From Tubulanus polymorphus (taxonomy: Eukaryota; Animalia; Nemertea), in assembly GCF_964204645.1 (NCBI RefSeq), contig NC_134025.1:18451101-18515100 (forward strand): 64,000 bases of DNA. Direction: 5' to 3'. The number at the start of each line of letters is the position of its first letter. The stretch's first letter is position 1. The position numbers were made by a program, and so were the translations under genes. Below, piece after piece: positions 12,450-23,494 of the stretch. Under the pieces are notes generated by a model. It was given only the letters and a program-made list of their open reading frames with translations. It had not been told where the DNA came from and ran no database searches.

Positions 12450-14222
12450 CCAAAATGATGAATTGTCGCGGGCGACAAAACCAAAATATTGAATTGTCAC
12501 GGGCGACAAAACCAAAATAATGAATTGTCGAGGGCGACAAAACCAAAATAATGAATTGTCGCGGGCGATAAAACCAAAAAAATGAATTGTCGCGGGCGAC
12601 AAAACCAAAATATTGAATTGTCGAGGGCGATAAAACCAAAATAATGAATTGTCGGGGGCGATAAAACCAAAATATTGAATTGTCACGGGCGACAAAACCA
12701 TACTAATGAATTGTCGCGGGTGATAAAAACAAAATATTGAATTGTCGCAGGCGACAAAACCAAAATAATGAATTGTCGCGGGCGATAAAACCAAAATAAT
12801 GAATTGTCGCGGGCGATAAAACCAAAATAATGAATTGTCGAGGGCGATAAAACCAAAATAATGAATTGTCGGGGGCGATAAAACCAAAAAATTGAATTGT
12901 CACGGGCGACAAAACCATACTAATGAATTGTCGCGGGTGATAAAAACAAAATATTGAATTGTCGCAGGCGACAAAACCAAAAAAAAGAATTGTCGCGGGC
13001 GGTAAAACCAAAATATTGAATTGTCGCGGGCGAAAAAACCAGAATAACGACAAAACCAAAATATTGAATTGTCGCGTGCGACAAAACCAAAATATTGAAT
13101 TGTCGAGGGCGATAAAACCAAAATAATGAATTGTCGCTGGCGATAAAACCAAAATATTGAATTGTCATGGGCGACAAAACCATACTAATGAATTGTCGCG
13201 GGTGATAAAAACAAAATATTGAATTGTCGCAGGCGACAAAACCAAAATAATGAATTGTCGCGGGCGATAAAACCAAAATAATGAATTGTCGCGGGCGATA
13301 AAACCAAAATAATGAATTGTCGAGGGCGATAAAACCAAAATAATGAATTGTCGGGGGCGATAAAACCAAAAAATTGAATTGTCACGGGCGACAAAACCAT
13401 ACTAATGAATTGTCGCAGGTGATAAAAACAAAATATTGAATTGTCGCAGGCGACAAAACCAAAATAATGAATTGTCGCGGGCGATAAAACCAAAATAATG
13501 AATTGTCGCGGGCGATAAAACCAAAATAATGAATTGTCGCTGGCGATAAAACCAAAATATTGAATTGTCACGGGCGACAAAACCAAAAAAAAAGAATTGT
13601 CGCGGGCGGTAAAACCAAAATATTGAATTGTCGCGGGCGACAAAACCAAAAAAAAGAATTGTCGCGGGCGGTAAAACCAAAATATTGAATTGTCGCGGGC
13701 GAAAAAACCAGAATAACGACAAAACCAAAATATTGAATTGTCGCGTGCGACAAAACCAAAATATTGAATTGTCGAGGGCGATAAAACCAAAATAATGAAT
13801 TGTCGCTGGCGATAAAACCAAAATATTGAATTGTCACGGGCGACAAAACCAAAAAAAGAATTGTCGCGGGCGGTAAAACCAAAATATTGAATTGTCGCGG
13901 GCGATAAAACCAAACTAATGAATTGTCGCGGGCGATAAAACCAAAATAATGAATTGTCGCAGGCGATAAAACCAAAATAATGAATTGTCGCGGGCGATAA
14001 AACCAATAATGAATTGTCGCTGGCTATAAAACCAAAATAATGAATTGCCGCGTACGACAAAACCAAACTATTGTCGCGGGCGATAAAACCAAACTAATGA
14101 ATTGTCGCGGGCGATAAAACCAAAATAATGAATTGTCGCGGGAGAAAAAACCAAAATATTGAATTGTCGCGTGCGACAAAACCAAAATAATGAATTGTCG
14201 CGGGCGACAAAACCAAAACGTT
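12450..14222. repeat. 30-bp minisatellite array (AAAACCAAAATAATGAATTGTCGCGGGCGAY) with higher-order blocks
   Basis: About 59 tandem units. The variant unit catactaatg..gggtgataaaaacaaa recurs at ~12700, 12917, 13181 and 13398. Confidence 0.97.
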
Positions 14223-15275
14223 TTGTCACGTTATTTTAGTTTTGTCGTTTTGTCGTAATGTCGCCGTCATTTGCATATTCGTGTTTTTTTTACGCATGAC
14301 CCTTATCTGCCACCATACTTAAGCCTTAAGGTCGCGTAAAACTCGATAAACACTTCAAGCGACACAGCGAATGATCTCCTTTCCCCCACAGCGAACGCTT
14401 ACTCCGAATGTCAAGTGTGAGACCAGCATACGGATAGGAGTGTGGTATATACTTGTATTTAGTAAATACCTTGTGCATTTAACAATGATCGGTATATACT
14501 GTAGGAAATATAGAGTATTGATGGTATTGATATAGAGGTTGAAGCCCGCGGCCGAATTAAGTAATATATTCTTTTATTTTGATACCTCGTCGACATAACA
14601 GATTTTCTCCGCTATATCTCTTCGGCGTGTTTAGTTTAGGCCTACGACTCCCCGGTATACTTATGATTTATCTTGGTAAATACACGGTTAATTTGGTAAA
14701 GAAAAATAGGTATTGCTAAACTGACTGCTTGACGCCCGCAGCCAAATCACTGGTAGTAATAAATTAATTTTTACTCGATTTGATTCTCATGATGAGGAGA
14801 AACTTGCAGCTGATCCCCGGAACGACGATGGAGTGACACACGTCGATTTGTGGATCTTTACGGCTCGACAGTGCTTGTAAAATCTAAAGTAGTAAATTTC
14901 CTGTGTATCGGTAATATGATTTGATGGGGAAAATGGGCTATTGTTAAAATTAGTTTTTAAAAACCGCGACAGAATGTGCAATCTTTCGGTAATAAATTTG
15001 TTAATTTATGCTTGAGTTGATAATCGATGTGACAAGAAACGTGCGGTAGATTTCGGAAAGACGACTTAGAAAAACATGACTCTTTGAATGGGGCTCAATT
15101 TTCGATGTTTACGGCCCGACAGGGCTTTTGTAACGTTGATTCTTCAAAATTCGCACGGAGTATTTGTAGATCGAACTGAGCTGAATGATATCAGACGGAT
15201 TGTATCGGCAACAGCGGTAATGTAAAAAAGCCTATGTACTTTTGACAAAAAATGTGTGGAAAAAATAATAATAAC

Positions 15276-15310
<35 letters not shown>

Positions 15311-15317
15311 GAAACAC

Positions 15318-15574
15318 GCGAATCTCAATAGGGTTTTCTGTGATGTAACAGAAAACCCTAATAATCACGCGGATATCAATAGGGTTTTCTGTGAAATAAC
15401 AGAAAACCCTAATAATAATCACGCGGATATCAATAGGGTTTTCTGTGAAATAACAGAAAACCCTAATAATCATGCGGATATCAATAGGGTTTTCTGTGAA
15501 ATAACAGAAAACCCTAATGATAATAATCACGCGGATATCAATAGGGTTTTCTGTGAAACAACAGAAAACCCTAA
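15318..15574. repeat. Tandem 51-57-bp units, each containing a 32-bp palindrome TAGGGTTTTCTG-N8-CAGAAAACCCTA
   Basis: Five consecutive copies; further copies at 17478-17560 and 19466-19618. Confidence 0.93.
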
Positions 15575-18500
15575 ATATAGCTGCAAAGCAGCGATAACGG
15601 GTTTCTGCCTTGCTGTTTACAATATCGTTCAAGGGTGCGTGCAAACATTTCACCGAAAGGAGCGCCACCTAGGGGTCAACTTATGACATGGATATGTTGA
15701 CCCACAAGGGCTACTACGCGCAAAGTACTTATGTACCAAGTTAAGAGGAAATCGAGAATAGCGAAGATACAGTATTTTACTTTTCCCTAGTGGCAGTTGT
15801 ATGAACTAATTTTGGCGGTTTGCGTACTATCCTTATGTATATGTACTCACAGGTTTTTGTTTAGGTCTATCATAAAATGACTGAATTACACGTAAGGAAA
15901 CGGATGTTAGAATGAGTTTTCGAAATGTACGCGCCCTACTGATTAGAATAGGAACTTATAATGTGAGGGGTTCGTCGTATCTCATATCCAGGTATACGTG
16001 TATCAATTTTCATAGAAATCCCTCCATCCGCTTAGTAGATATGAATAAAAATGTATTTCCAGCAAAATGTAGGTGGCGCTCCTGAAGAACCATATAAGTT
16101 ACCTACTTAAACCATACATCACTTCAAGTATCTTGAAAAGGGCTGCTAACCACACATTGCAACCTCGATTCTATCGCCAACGGTTAAGGACCTAGGACAA
16201 AAATCGTAGTTTTCACAGTCCCCTGGTGTATGTTGTATGAACTATTTATGCAGGATGGCATATTACACACATGTCTTTGTACTTATACCAAGTTTTGTGA
16301 TTTTCACAATAAACAGACCGCATTAAATGCGAAAAATGGATGCTGAAATCGATTTTTCAAAATCTACGCCCCTAGTGGTTAAAATGGGAACTAATCATAT
16401 GAGTGGTTCGTTTCGTTTAGTAACCAGATACATGTGTATCAATTTTTATAGAAATCCATTGATACCCTTAGTCGATATAGATGAAAATGCGTATTCCAGC
16501 GTCTTATAGGTGGCGCTACTGGCGAACCATATGAGCTACGTTGTTATACCATACATCAATACAAGCGTCTTCGCAAGGGCTACTGGTCACTCGTTGCAAC
16601 CACTATTCTATCTCCACCGGTTAAGGAGCTAGGAGCAAAAATTTCTTTGAAAAAATTGGGGGCCCATTTTCGAGCCCGTAGAGCCCAAACGGTTAATCGC
16701 AGATAGGGCGTGCCAATGACTTTTTAGCCTCCAGGCTGTTATGAACAACTTTCGTGCTCGGCCGAAGCTGAAAACTCGAAGACAAAATTTTTCTCACACA
16801 GTAACTTTTCGATGTCAGAATTTTCAAAAATAAAACGCCCCCTGGTGGGTGAACGGGGTCCCCAATCAAAGATCCCTTCGACTTACCTCAAGGTACCTGT
16901 GATCCGTACATCTCACGGAAGTTTCAAGTAAATCCGTCAAGGAATATTGTAATGCTAACAGAATATTGCCATCCAGGCTCTCGCGTATAGATACCGTAGC
17001 TGCATTCATTAGCTCTATCCAGGGAAGTTACTGCAAGGATGCTATTGCTTGTATATGCGGAACAAAAATTCCTCAGTTGCGTTCACTCGAGACTGACCCC
17101 ATTCAGTGCGCCACATATATATATAAAGATACTACAAAACTACAGATCTAGTACACCAGCTCTATCACTGGTTATAGGGACACTGACACAAACAGACGCA
17201 CTGACGCGCTGTGGGAATGACACGTAGGCAATACACATACGTAGATGGATACTGTTTGAATCGGGCTTAAATTTCGATGTTTAGAGGCTCACAGTGAGTA
17301 AACAGTGCAATTCTGATTAATATCACGTACAGTATTTGTCAATGCAGCGTAGTACTTGTGATACAGAATGGTTTCACCGACAGTGAAAGTAAGTTGCAGT
17401 TGTTTATATCCTTTCAGTAAGATCCAGTGTGAAAAAGAATATAATAATAATAATAATAATAATCAGCAGGAATACAATAGGGTTTCTGCGAAGGCAGCAG
17501 AAACCCTAATAATCAGCAGGAATACAATAGGGTTTTCTGTGAAACAACAGAAAACCCTAAATATAGCTGCAAAGCAGCGATAACGGGTTTCTGCCTTGCT
17601 GTTTACAATATCGTTCAAGGGTGCGTGCAAACATTTCACCGAAAGGAGCGCCACCTAGGGGTCAACTTATGACATGGATATGTTGACCCACAAGGGCTAC
17701 TACGCGCAAAGTACTTATGTACCAAGTTAAGAGGAAATCGAGAATAGCGAAGATACAGTATTTTACTTTTCCCTAGTGGCAGTTGTATGAACTAATTTTG
17801 GCGGTTTGCGTACTATCCTTATGTATATGTACTCACAGGTTTTTGTTTAGGTCTATCATAAAATGACTGAATTACACGTAAGGAAACGGATGTTAGAATG
17901 AGTTTTCGAAATGTACGCGCCCTACTGATTAGAATAGGAACTTATAATGTGAGGGGTTCGTCGTATCTCATATCCAGGTATACGTGTATCAATTTTCATA
18001 GAAATCCCTCCATCCGCTTAGTAGATATGAATAAAAATGTATTTCCAGCAAAATGTAGGTGGCGCTCCTGAAGAACAATATAAGTTACCTACTTAAACCA
18101 TACATCACTTCAAGTATCTTGAAAAGGGCTGCTAACCACACATTGCAACCTCGATTCTATCGCCAACGGTTAAGGACCTAGGACAAAAATCGTAGTTTTC
18201 ACAGTCCCCTGGTGTATGTTGTATGAACTATTTATGCAGGATGGCATATTACACACATGTCTTTGTACTTATACCAAGTTTTGTGATTTTCACAATAAAC
18301 AGACCGCATTAAATGCGAAAAATGGATGCTGAAATCGATTTTTCAAAATCTACGCCCCCTAGTGGTTAAAATGGGAACTAATCATATGAGTGGTTCGTTT
18401 CGTTTAGTAACCAGGTACATGTGTATCAATTTTTATAGAAATCCATTGATACCCTTAGTCGATATAGATGAAAATGCGTATTCCAGCGTCTTATAGGTGG

Positions 18501-19517
18501 CGCTACTGGCGAACCATATGAGCTACGTTGTTATACCATACATCAATACAAGCGTCTTCGCAAGGGCTACTGGTCACTCGTTGCAACCACTATTCTATCT
18601 CCACCGGTTAAGGAGCTAGGAGCAAAAATCTCTTTGAAAAAATTGGGGGCCCATTTTCGAGCCCGTAGAGCCCAAACGGTTAATCGCAGATAGGGCGTGC
18701 CAATGACTTTTTTAGCCTCCAGGCTGTTATGAACAACTTTCGTGCTCGGCCGAAGCTGAAAACTCAAAGACAAAATTTTTCTCACACAGTAACTTTTCGA
18801 TGTCAGAATTTTCAAAAATAAAACGCCCCCTGGTGGGTGAACGGGGTCCCCAATCAAAGATCCCTTCGACTAACCTCAAGGTACCTGTGATCCGTACATC
18901 TCACGGAAGTTTCAAGTAAATCCGTCAAGGAATATTGTAATGCTAACAGAATATTGCCATCCAGGCTCTCGCGTATAGATACCGTAGCTGCATTCATTAG
19001 CTCTATCCAGGGAAGTTACTGCAAGGATGCTATTGCTTGTATATGCGGAACAAAAATTCCTCAGTTGCGTTCACTCGAGACTGACCCCATTCAGTGCGCC
19101 ACATATATATATAAAGATACTACAAAACTACAGATCTAGTACACCAGCTCTATCACTGGTTATAGGGACACTGACACAAACAGACGCACTGACGCGCTGT
19201 GGGAATGACACGTAGGCAATACACATACGTAGATGGATACTGTTTGAATCGGGCTTAAATTTCGATGTTTAGAGGCTCACAGTGAGTAAACAGTGCAATT
19301 CTGATTAATATCACGTACAGTATTTGTCAATGCAGCGTAGTACTTGTGATACAGAATGGTTTCACCGACAGTGAAAGTAAGTTGCAGTTGTTTATATCCT
19401 TTCAGTAAGATCCAGTGTGAAAAAGAATATAATAATAATAATAATAATAATCAGCAGGAATACAATAGGGTTTCTGCGAAGGCAGCAGAAACCCTAATAA
19501 TCAGCAGGAATACAATA
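15541..19517. repeat. Near-identical tandem duplication of a ~1.99-kb unit
   Basis: Identical spurious ORFs offset by 1988 bp (16966/18954, 17368/19356); only a few substitutions and indels. Confidence 0.95.
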
Positions 19518-19715
19518 GGGTTTCTGCGAAGGCAGCAGAAACCCTAATAATAATAATAATAATAATAAGAAACACGCGAATCTCAATAGGGTTTTCTGTG
19601 ATGTAACAGAAAACCCTAATTATATGAAAATGAAACTGATAATATTATAAACGTTGAATTAATCATAAATAAGATAACTAAATATTTTGAAGATGGTAAT
19701 TTCTTTGATTAATAA

Positions 19716-19937
19716 ATGAGTGATAATAAGTGGATAATAAATGGATTATATAATGGTGCCTTACTATCAGTTGGAACTGTTGGATATAAAATGGTATTAA
19801 AAAAAGTATTTAGAATGGGAAGTATTAATGTTGATAGATTTGATATCAATGATATTTTAATATTAACATTAGCAGTTACTTTATCTAATTTAACTATTGA
19901 TTATTTGGAAAAACAAAAATATATTCCTCCTATATAA
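19716..19937 (+). CDS. Small hydrophobic Polinton protein (73 aa)
   Basis: TAAATG start, two hydrophobic segments, located in the Polinton gene block. Confidence 0.65.
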   Translation: MSDNKWIINGLYNGALLSVGTVGYKMVLKKVFRMGSINVDRFDINDILILTLAVTLSNLTIDYLEKQKYIPPI

Positions 19938-19962
19938 ATACGTAATTTTTTTTACTAAATAA

Positions 19963-20380
19963 ATGGCGTCTGCAATTATAACTATTATTGGATCAGCAAT
20001 TGTTAACGCTTTAGCATTTACAGGTGGTGGGTATTTATTTAAGCATATTGATAAAAAATAGTTCATTAGCAGAACAAAGAAGACATAACTTTGCGTTAGA
20101 GAAATATAATAAAGCTGCAGAAGAATATAGAGAAAAAAGACAAAACTATATGGATTACATCGATAAAGAACTATATACCCAGAAAATTGCACATAGAGAT
20201 TTTCAATCAGTTGATGAAGCTATGAGTTTATATAACGCAGTAACAAATAAAGAAAAATTACATCTATATACCTAAATTATCAAATTATTATACCCCAAGT
20301 AATGAACAGAAGAAATATGAAATAATTTGGATTTTAGGCGGAACAGTTATTGTATTATTTGTTGCTCATAAATTTACTAA
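19963..20380 (+). pseudogene. Polinton small membrane/coiled-coil protein
   Basis: MASAIITIIGSAIVNALAFTGGGYLF..EQRRHNFALEKY; frameshifted; TAAATG start. Confidence 0.65.
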
Positions 20381-20403
20381 TTAGTAATTTCTTTTCTAAA
20401 TAA

Positions 20404-20837
20404 ATGGGTGATAAAGTTGATAATGTTGATATTATTCCTCATGATATAGATAAAACTAAATAAAATTATATTTGGAAAAACAAATATTAGAATTCGAAAA
20501 TGATTTAAAAGTTAAAAAGAAAAAATATTTAAAAACTCAAATTATATATTATTTTATTATTAGTAGTTCAGTTACAATTAGTTCTGTAATAACATTTCTA
20601 GCATTATTCCCACCATTAACACCTTTAGCTATCTCAATTGGTGTGTTAGGGTGATAGTTCAAGTGTTTTAACTGGTATAAGTTCAAAATTAATTATAAAA
20701 AGTAATAAAGAAAAAATTAATTCTAATAGAAAGGAAATTAATAAATTAGAAAATACATTAGATTAAATAATAAGTTTAAATGGTAATATAACAGTTGAAG
20801 AACAAGATAAATTATTAAAAGAATAAATGAATTATTA
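20404..20837 (+). pseudogene. Polinton two-TM protein
   Basis: TAAATG start, coiled-coil/TM/TM/coiled-coil pattern, frameshifts. Confidence 0.5.
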
Positions 20838-20854
20838 ATTTTTTTATTATATAA

Positions 20855-21249
20855 ATGGTTGATAGTTTTCCAAAAGCTTTACAATATAATAAATCAATTG
20901 AATATAATATTCCTGCAATAGATTTTAATAAAGATATTTCATATAGAAATGAAGTTTTAAATTCATTAATTAATTTAGATATTTATGTTACTGAAACTAA
21001 TAATTTTAATGCAAAGAAGGAAAATATATTTCATGTATATTTGATTAATTTTAAAAAATTGAAAGATGAAAATCAATGGTTATTAAAATCTAACATGAAG
21101 TATTGGCAGAACCAATTAAATTTTGCAGTTTATTGTGCCACAACAGGATGTGGAATTAGTTGGAATGATCATTTGAATAATTCTAAATATAAATTAATTC
21201 AAAGTTTATTTAGATTCCATACATTCTTTCAAATAAGATTAATATTAAT
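20855..21249 (+). pseudogene. Polinton hypothetical protein, truncated by LINE insertion
   Basis: YWQNQLNFAVYCATTGCGIS..DHL...FRFH.FFQIR; abrupt composition change at ~21250. Confidence 0.7.
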
Positions 21250-21385
21250 GATGGATATCAAAATGGCGGCGTAGACACAAACACATTTCCGAAGCTCCGC
21301 TTAAAAATTGGTTTAAGCTGGTCCGGTGTAAGTTTTTTGTGGATTTTTTCGTTATATCGCATCATTGGTACTGTGGACGTTCACT

Positions 21386-22342
21386 ATGGTTGGTGGAAAT
21401 GGTAAAAAGAAACGCAATAAGTCTGGATCTGATGTTACCGCGGTAAAACGTCGTGATCAGAAAAAGACCCCTAACAAGAATCCAGAATGTACTGGTGACA
21501 TAGGTGACTGTTCATCCGAATCGAGTGATCACGGTGATAAGCCTAATATAGACAGCGGAAATGACAGCAATGCGAGTCTCGGTGATATTGTTGCTATGTT
21601 GAGCGACATGTCAACGAAATTAAATCGGTTGGAGCCAATCGAAAAGGCAATGGAAAATCTGTGCACAAAATATGACCAACTGTCGACTGATAACAAAATC
21701 ACGAATGAAAAAATCGGTACATTGACCGCCGAAGTTGGCCGTTTACGCATGGAAAACGTGAAGTTGAGCAATACCGTGCTCGACTTACAATCACGATCTA
21801 TGAGGGATAACCTCCTCTTTTTCGGCGTGCAGGAGGAAAAAGATGAAATCGTGGCAGATAGAATCTACAACATTTTAACGTCGGAGGCTGGAATAAATGA
21901 TGCGCGTGACAGAATAAAGTTTGTACGTGCACACCGTGTCGGAAAATATAGTGCTGGAACTGTGCGACCGATTGTCGTTAAGTTCCACTTTTACCCTGAT
22001 AGGGAAGAAATTCGTGGAAAATCCGCACTTCTGAAATCTCGTGGTCTTAGAATCGCCCAACAAGTCCCTAAAGAAATCCGAGAACGTAGAAAAGCGTACA
22101 ACAACGTTGTGGAGGAGGCAATTACCAGAGGTGATAAATTTCATTTCGTTGGAGACAAACTTTACCTGAACAACCGCTTGTTCCAATTCAATGAGAAAGA
22201 TTCAACGACACCCCCATCCAGACTTAATAAGAACGGGCTGGACAGCCAGATTGTTATCGATCGCGAACAGAGGCACAATAGCGATGTCGGTGACGTGAGT
22301 GATGCCTTGCGCGAGGCACGTGCCACCCTCGATATGGAATAG
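21386..22342 (+). CDS. LINE ORF1 (coiled coil + RRM, L1-ORF1/Transposase_22-like)
   Basis: LQSRSMRDNLLFFGVQE...RAHRVG...RPIVVKF; open frame. Confidence 0.88.
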   Translation: MVGGNGKKKRNKSGSDVTAVKRRDQKKTPNKNPECTGDIGDCSSESSDHGDKPNIDSGNDSNASLGDIVAMLSDMSTKLNRLEPIEKAMENLCTKYDQLSTDNKITNEKIGTLTAEVGRLRMENVKLSNTVLDLQSRSMRDNLLFFGVQEEKDEIVADRIYNILTSEAGINDARDRIKFVRAHRVGKYSAGTVRPIVVKFHFYPDREEIRGKSALLKSRGLRIAQQVPKEIRERRKAYNNVVEEAITRGDKFHFVGDKLYLNNRLFQFNEKDSTTPPSRLNKNGLDSQIVIDREQRHNSDVGDVSDALREARATLDME

Positions 22343-22375
22343 GAAAGCGTCGGAAATAATAATAACGCGGAACGA

Positions 22376-23056
22376 TTGAAACTCTGTTTCTTAAATATTA
22401 AAGGATTATTCAGTCGGAAAGCTGGTACACGGACATGTAAACTGGACCTTCCGGAAATCCAGGCTTTATTAGACGTGAATGATATAATCGCATTCGAGGA
22501 AACCTGGAACTCTAAAGACACCGTATTTTCAGTACCCAGTGGATATACGTTTTTTCAAAGTACGAGAATGAAAAACCCTCGCGCGCGTCGAAATTCTGGC
22601 GGATTGTTGCTACTTTTTAAATCCGAATTACGGCAGGGTATTGAATTATTAGAAAATAACCATCCCGATATTTCATGGGTGAAATTATCAAAAGAATTCT
22701 TTAATTTTGAAAGAGATATGTTTATTTGTTTAGTGTATGTAGCTTGTGATAATCGTGGCACGGATGACTTCTTTCATGATCTGAGTTGTCAGATACTTGC
22801 TCATCAACTTGATGGCAATGTATTGGTGGCTGGTGACATAAATGCACGGACCAATGTATACTCGGGTCTCCCTCCCGATCCGGATGCTATTAATATGCGA
22901 TTCCTTGAGTTCGAACATGGGGTACGAAAATTACTTGAATACCATGATATTGACACAACTAGATCATCTCAAGATGATACTGTTAGACCAGATATTAGAG
23001 GCATGAATATGATAAACATGTGCATAGGTTGTAGTTTGTTAATATTAAACGGTAGG
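22376..23056 (+). pseudogene. LINE ORF2 apurinic-like endonuclease domain, truncated
   Basis: FLNIKGL, DIIAFEETW, RNSGG, GDINART, LLILNGR. Confidence 0.9.
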
Positions 23057-23244
23057 AGTAATAGGGATAATAGGCTTTCAGATCAAAGGTCGAACGGTCG
23101 AGCTCGTAAAAAATGAAAATAACAATAATTTACAGTTGAATTAGTCGCGCACACTCCCAATTCTACTGTAAATTATTGTTATTTTCATTTTTTACTCACT
23201 CGCCCCTTCAACCTTTAACCTGAAAGCCTATTATCCCTATTACT
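23057..23244. repeat. Terminal fold-back palindrome of element B (188 bp)
   Basis: AGTAATAGGGATAATAGGCTTTCAG...CTGAAAGCCTATTATCCCTATTACT. Confidence 0.93.
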
Positions 23245-23494
23245 CTTAAAATATTCACATATACATGAATAAAATATAAATGAATAACATTTAAATTGAC
23301 AGATTATTCAATATAAAAGTGTAAGCTCTTATAGAATAGATATATAGATATATTTACAACATTATTTCAATATTTATATTTGCATGAGTTAGATTTTTAA
23401 ACATTAAAAGTGTTAGTAAAGTGTGATTGAAATAATACATGATATAAATCATTGAACTTCTAAAATCAATTTAGTAAAAAAATATGTATAATAA

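Larger units (their letters stand above)
12172..19619 (-). mobile_element. Concatemer of three Helentron-like non-autonomous elements inserted into a Polinton ORF
   Basis: Starts aaatatagctgcaaag (as do the units at ~15573 and ~17559) and ends with the palindrome tagggttttctg..cagaaaacccta. Removing it restores ...ACT GAA TTA TAT GAA... Carries (AAT)n microsatellites and a terminal GCTGC..GCAGC hairpin. Confidence 0.7.
21250..23056 (+). mobile_element. 5' part of a LINE (5'UTR, ORF1, APE domain), cut by Polinton B
   Basis: GC-richer block with ORF1/ORF2 architecture; ends exactly at the AGT of the hairpin at 23057. Confidence 0.9.

Noticed and set aside
12302-14066. Long hydrophobic ORFs on the minus strand
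   Set aside because: Translations of the 30-bp satellite.
15318-15574. CRISPR-like array of palindromic repeats
   Set aside because: The spacers are near-identical, there are no cas genes, the context is eukaryotic, and the repeats are explained as reiterated Helentron-like ends.
15144-19547. Short ORFs in the 2-kb repeats, including the poly-N/poly-I ORFs
   Set aside because: Microsatellite and palindrome translations with no domain motifs.
1071-23057. Pairing the D and B termini as the TIRs of one element
   Set aside because: They face away from each other, their hairpin stems differ, and the flanking 6-mers (GGTGTT vs GGTAGG) do not match.
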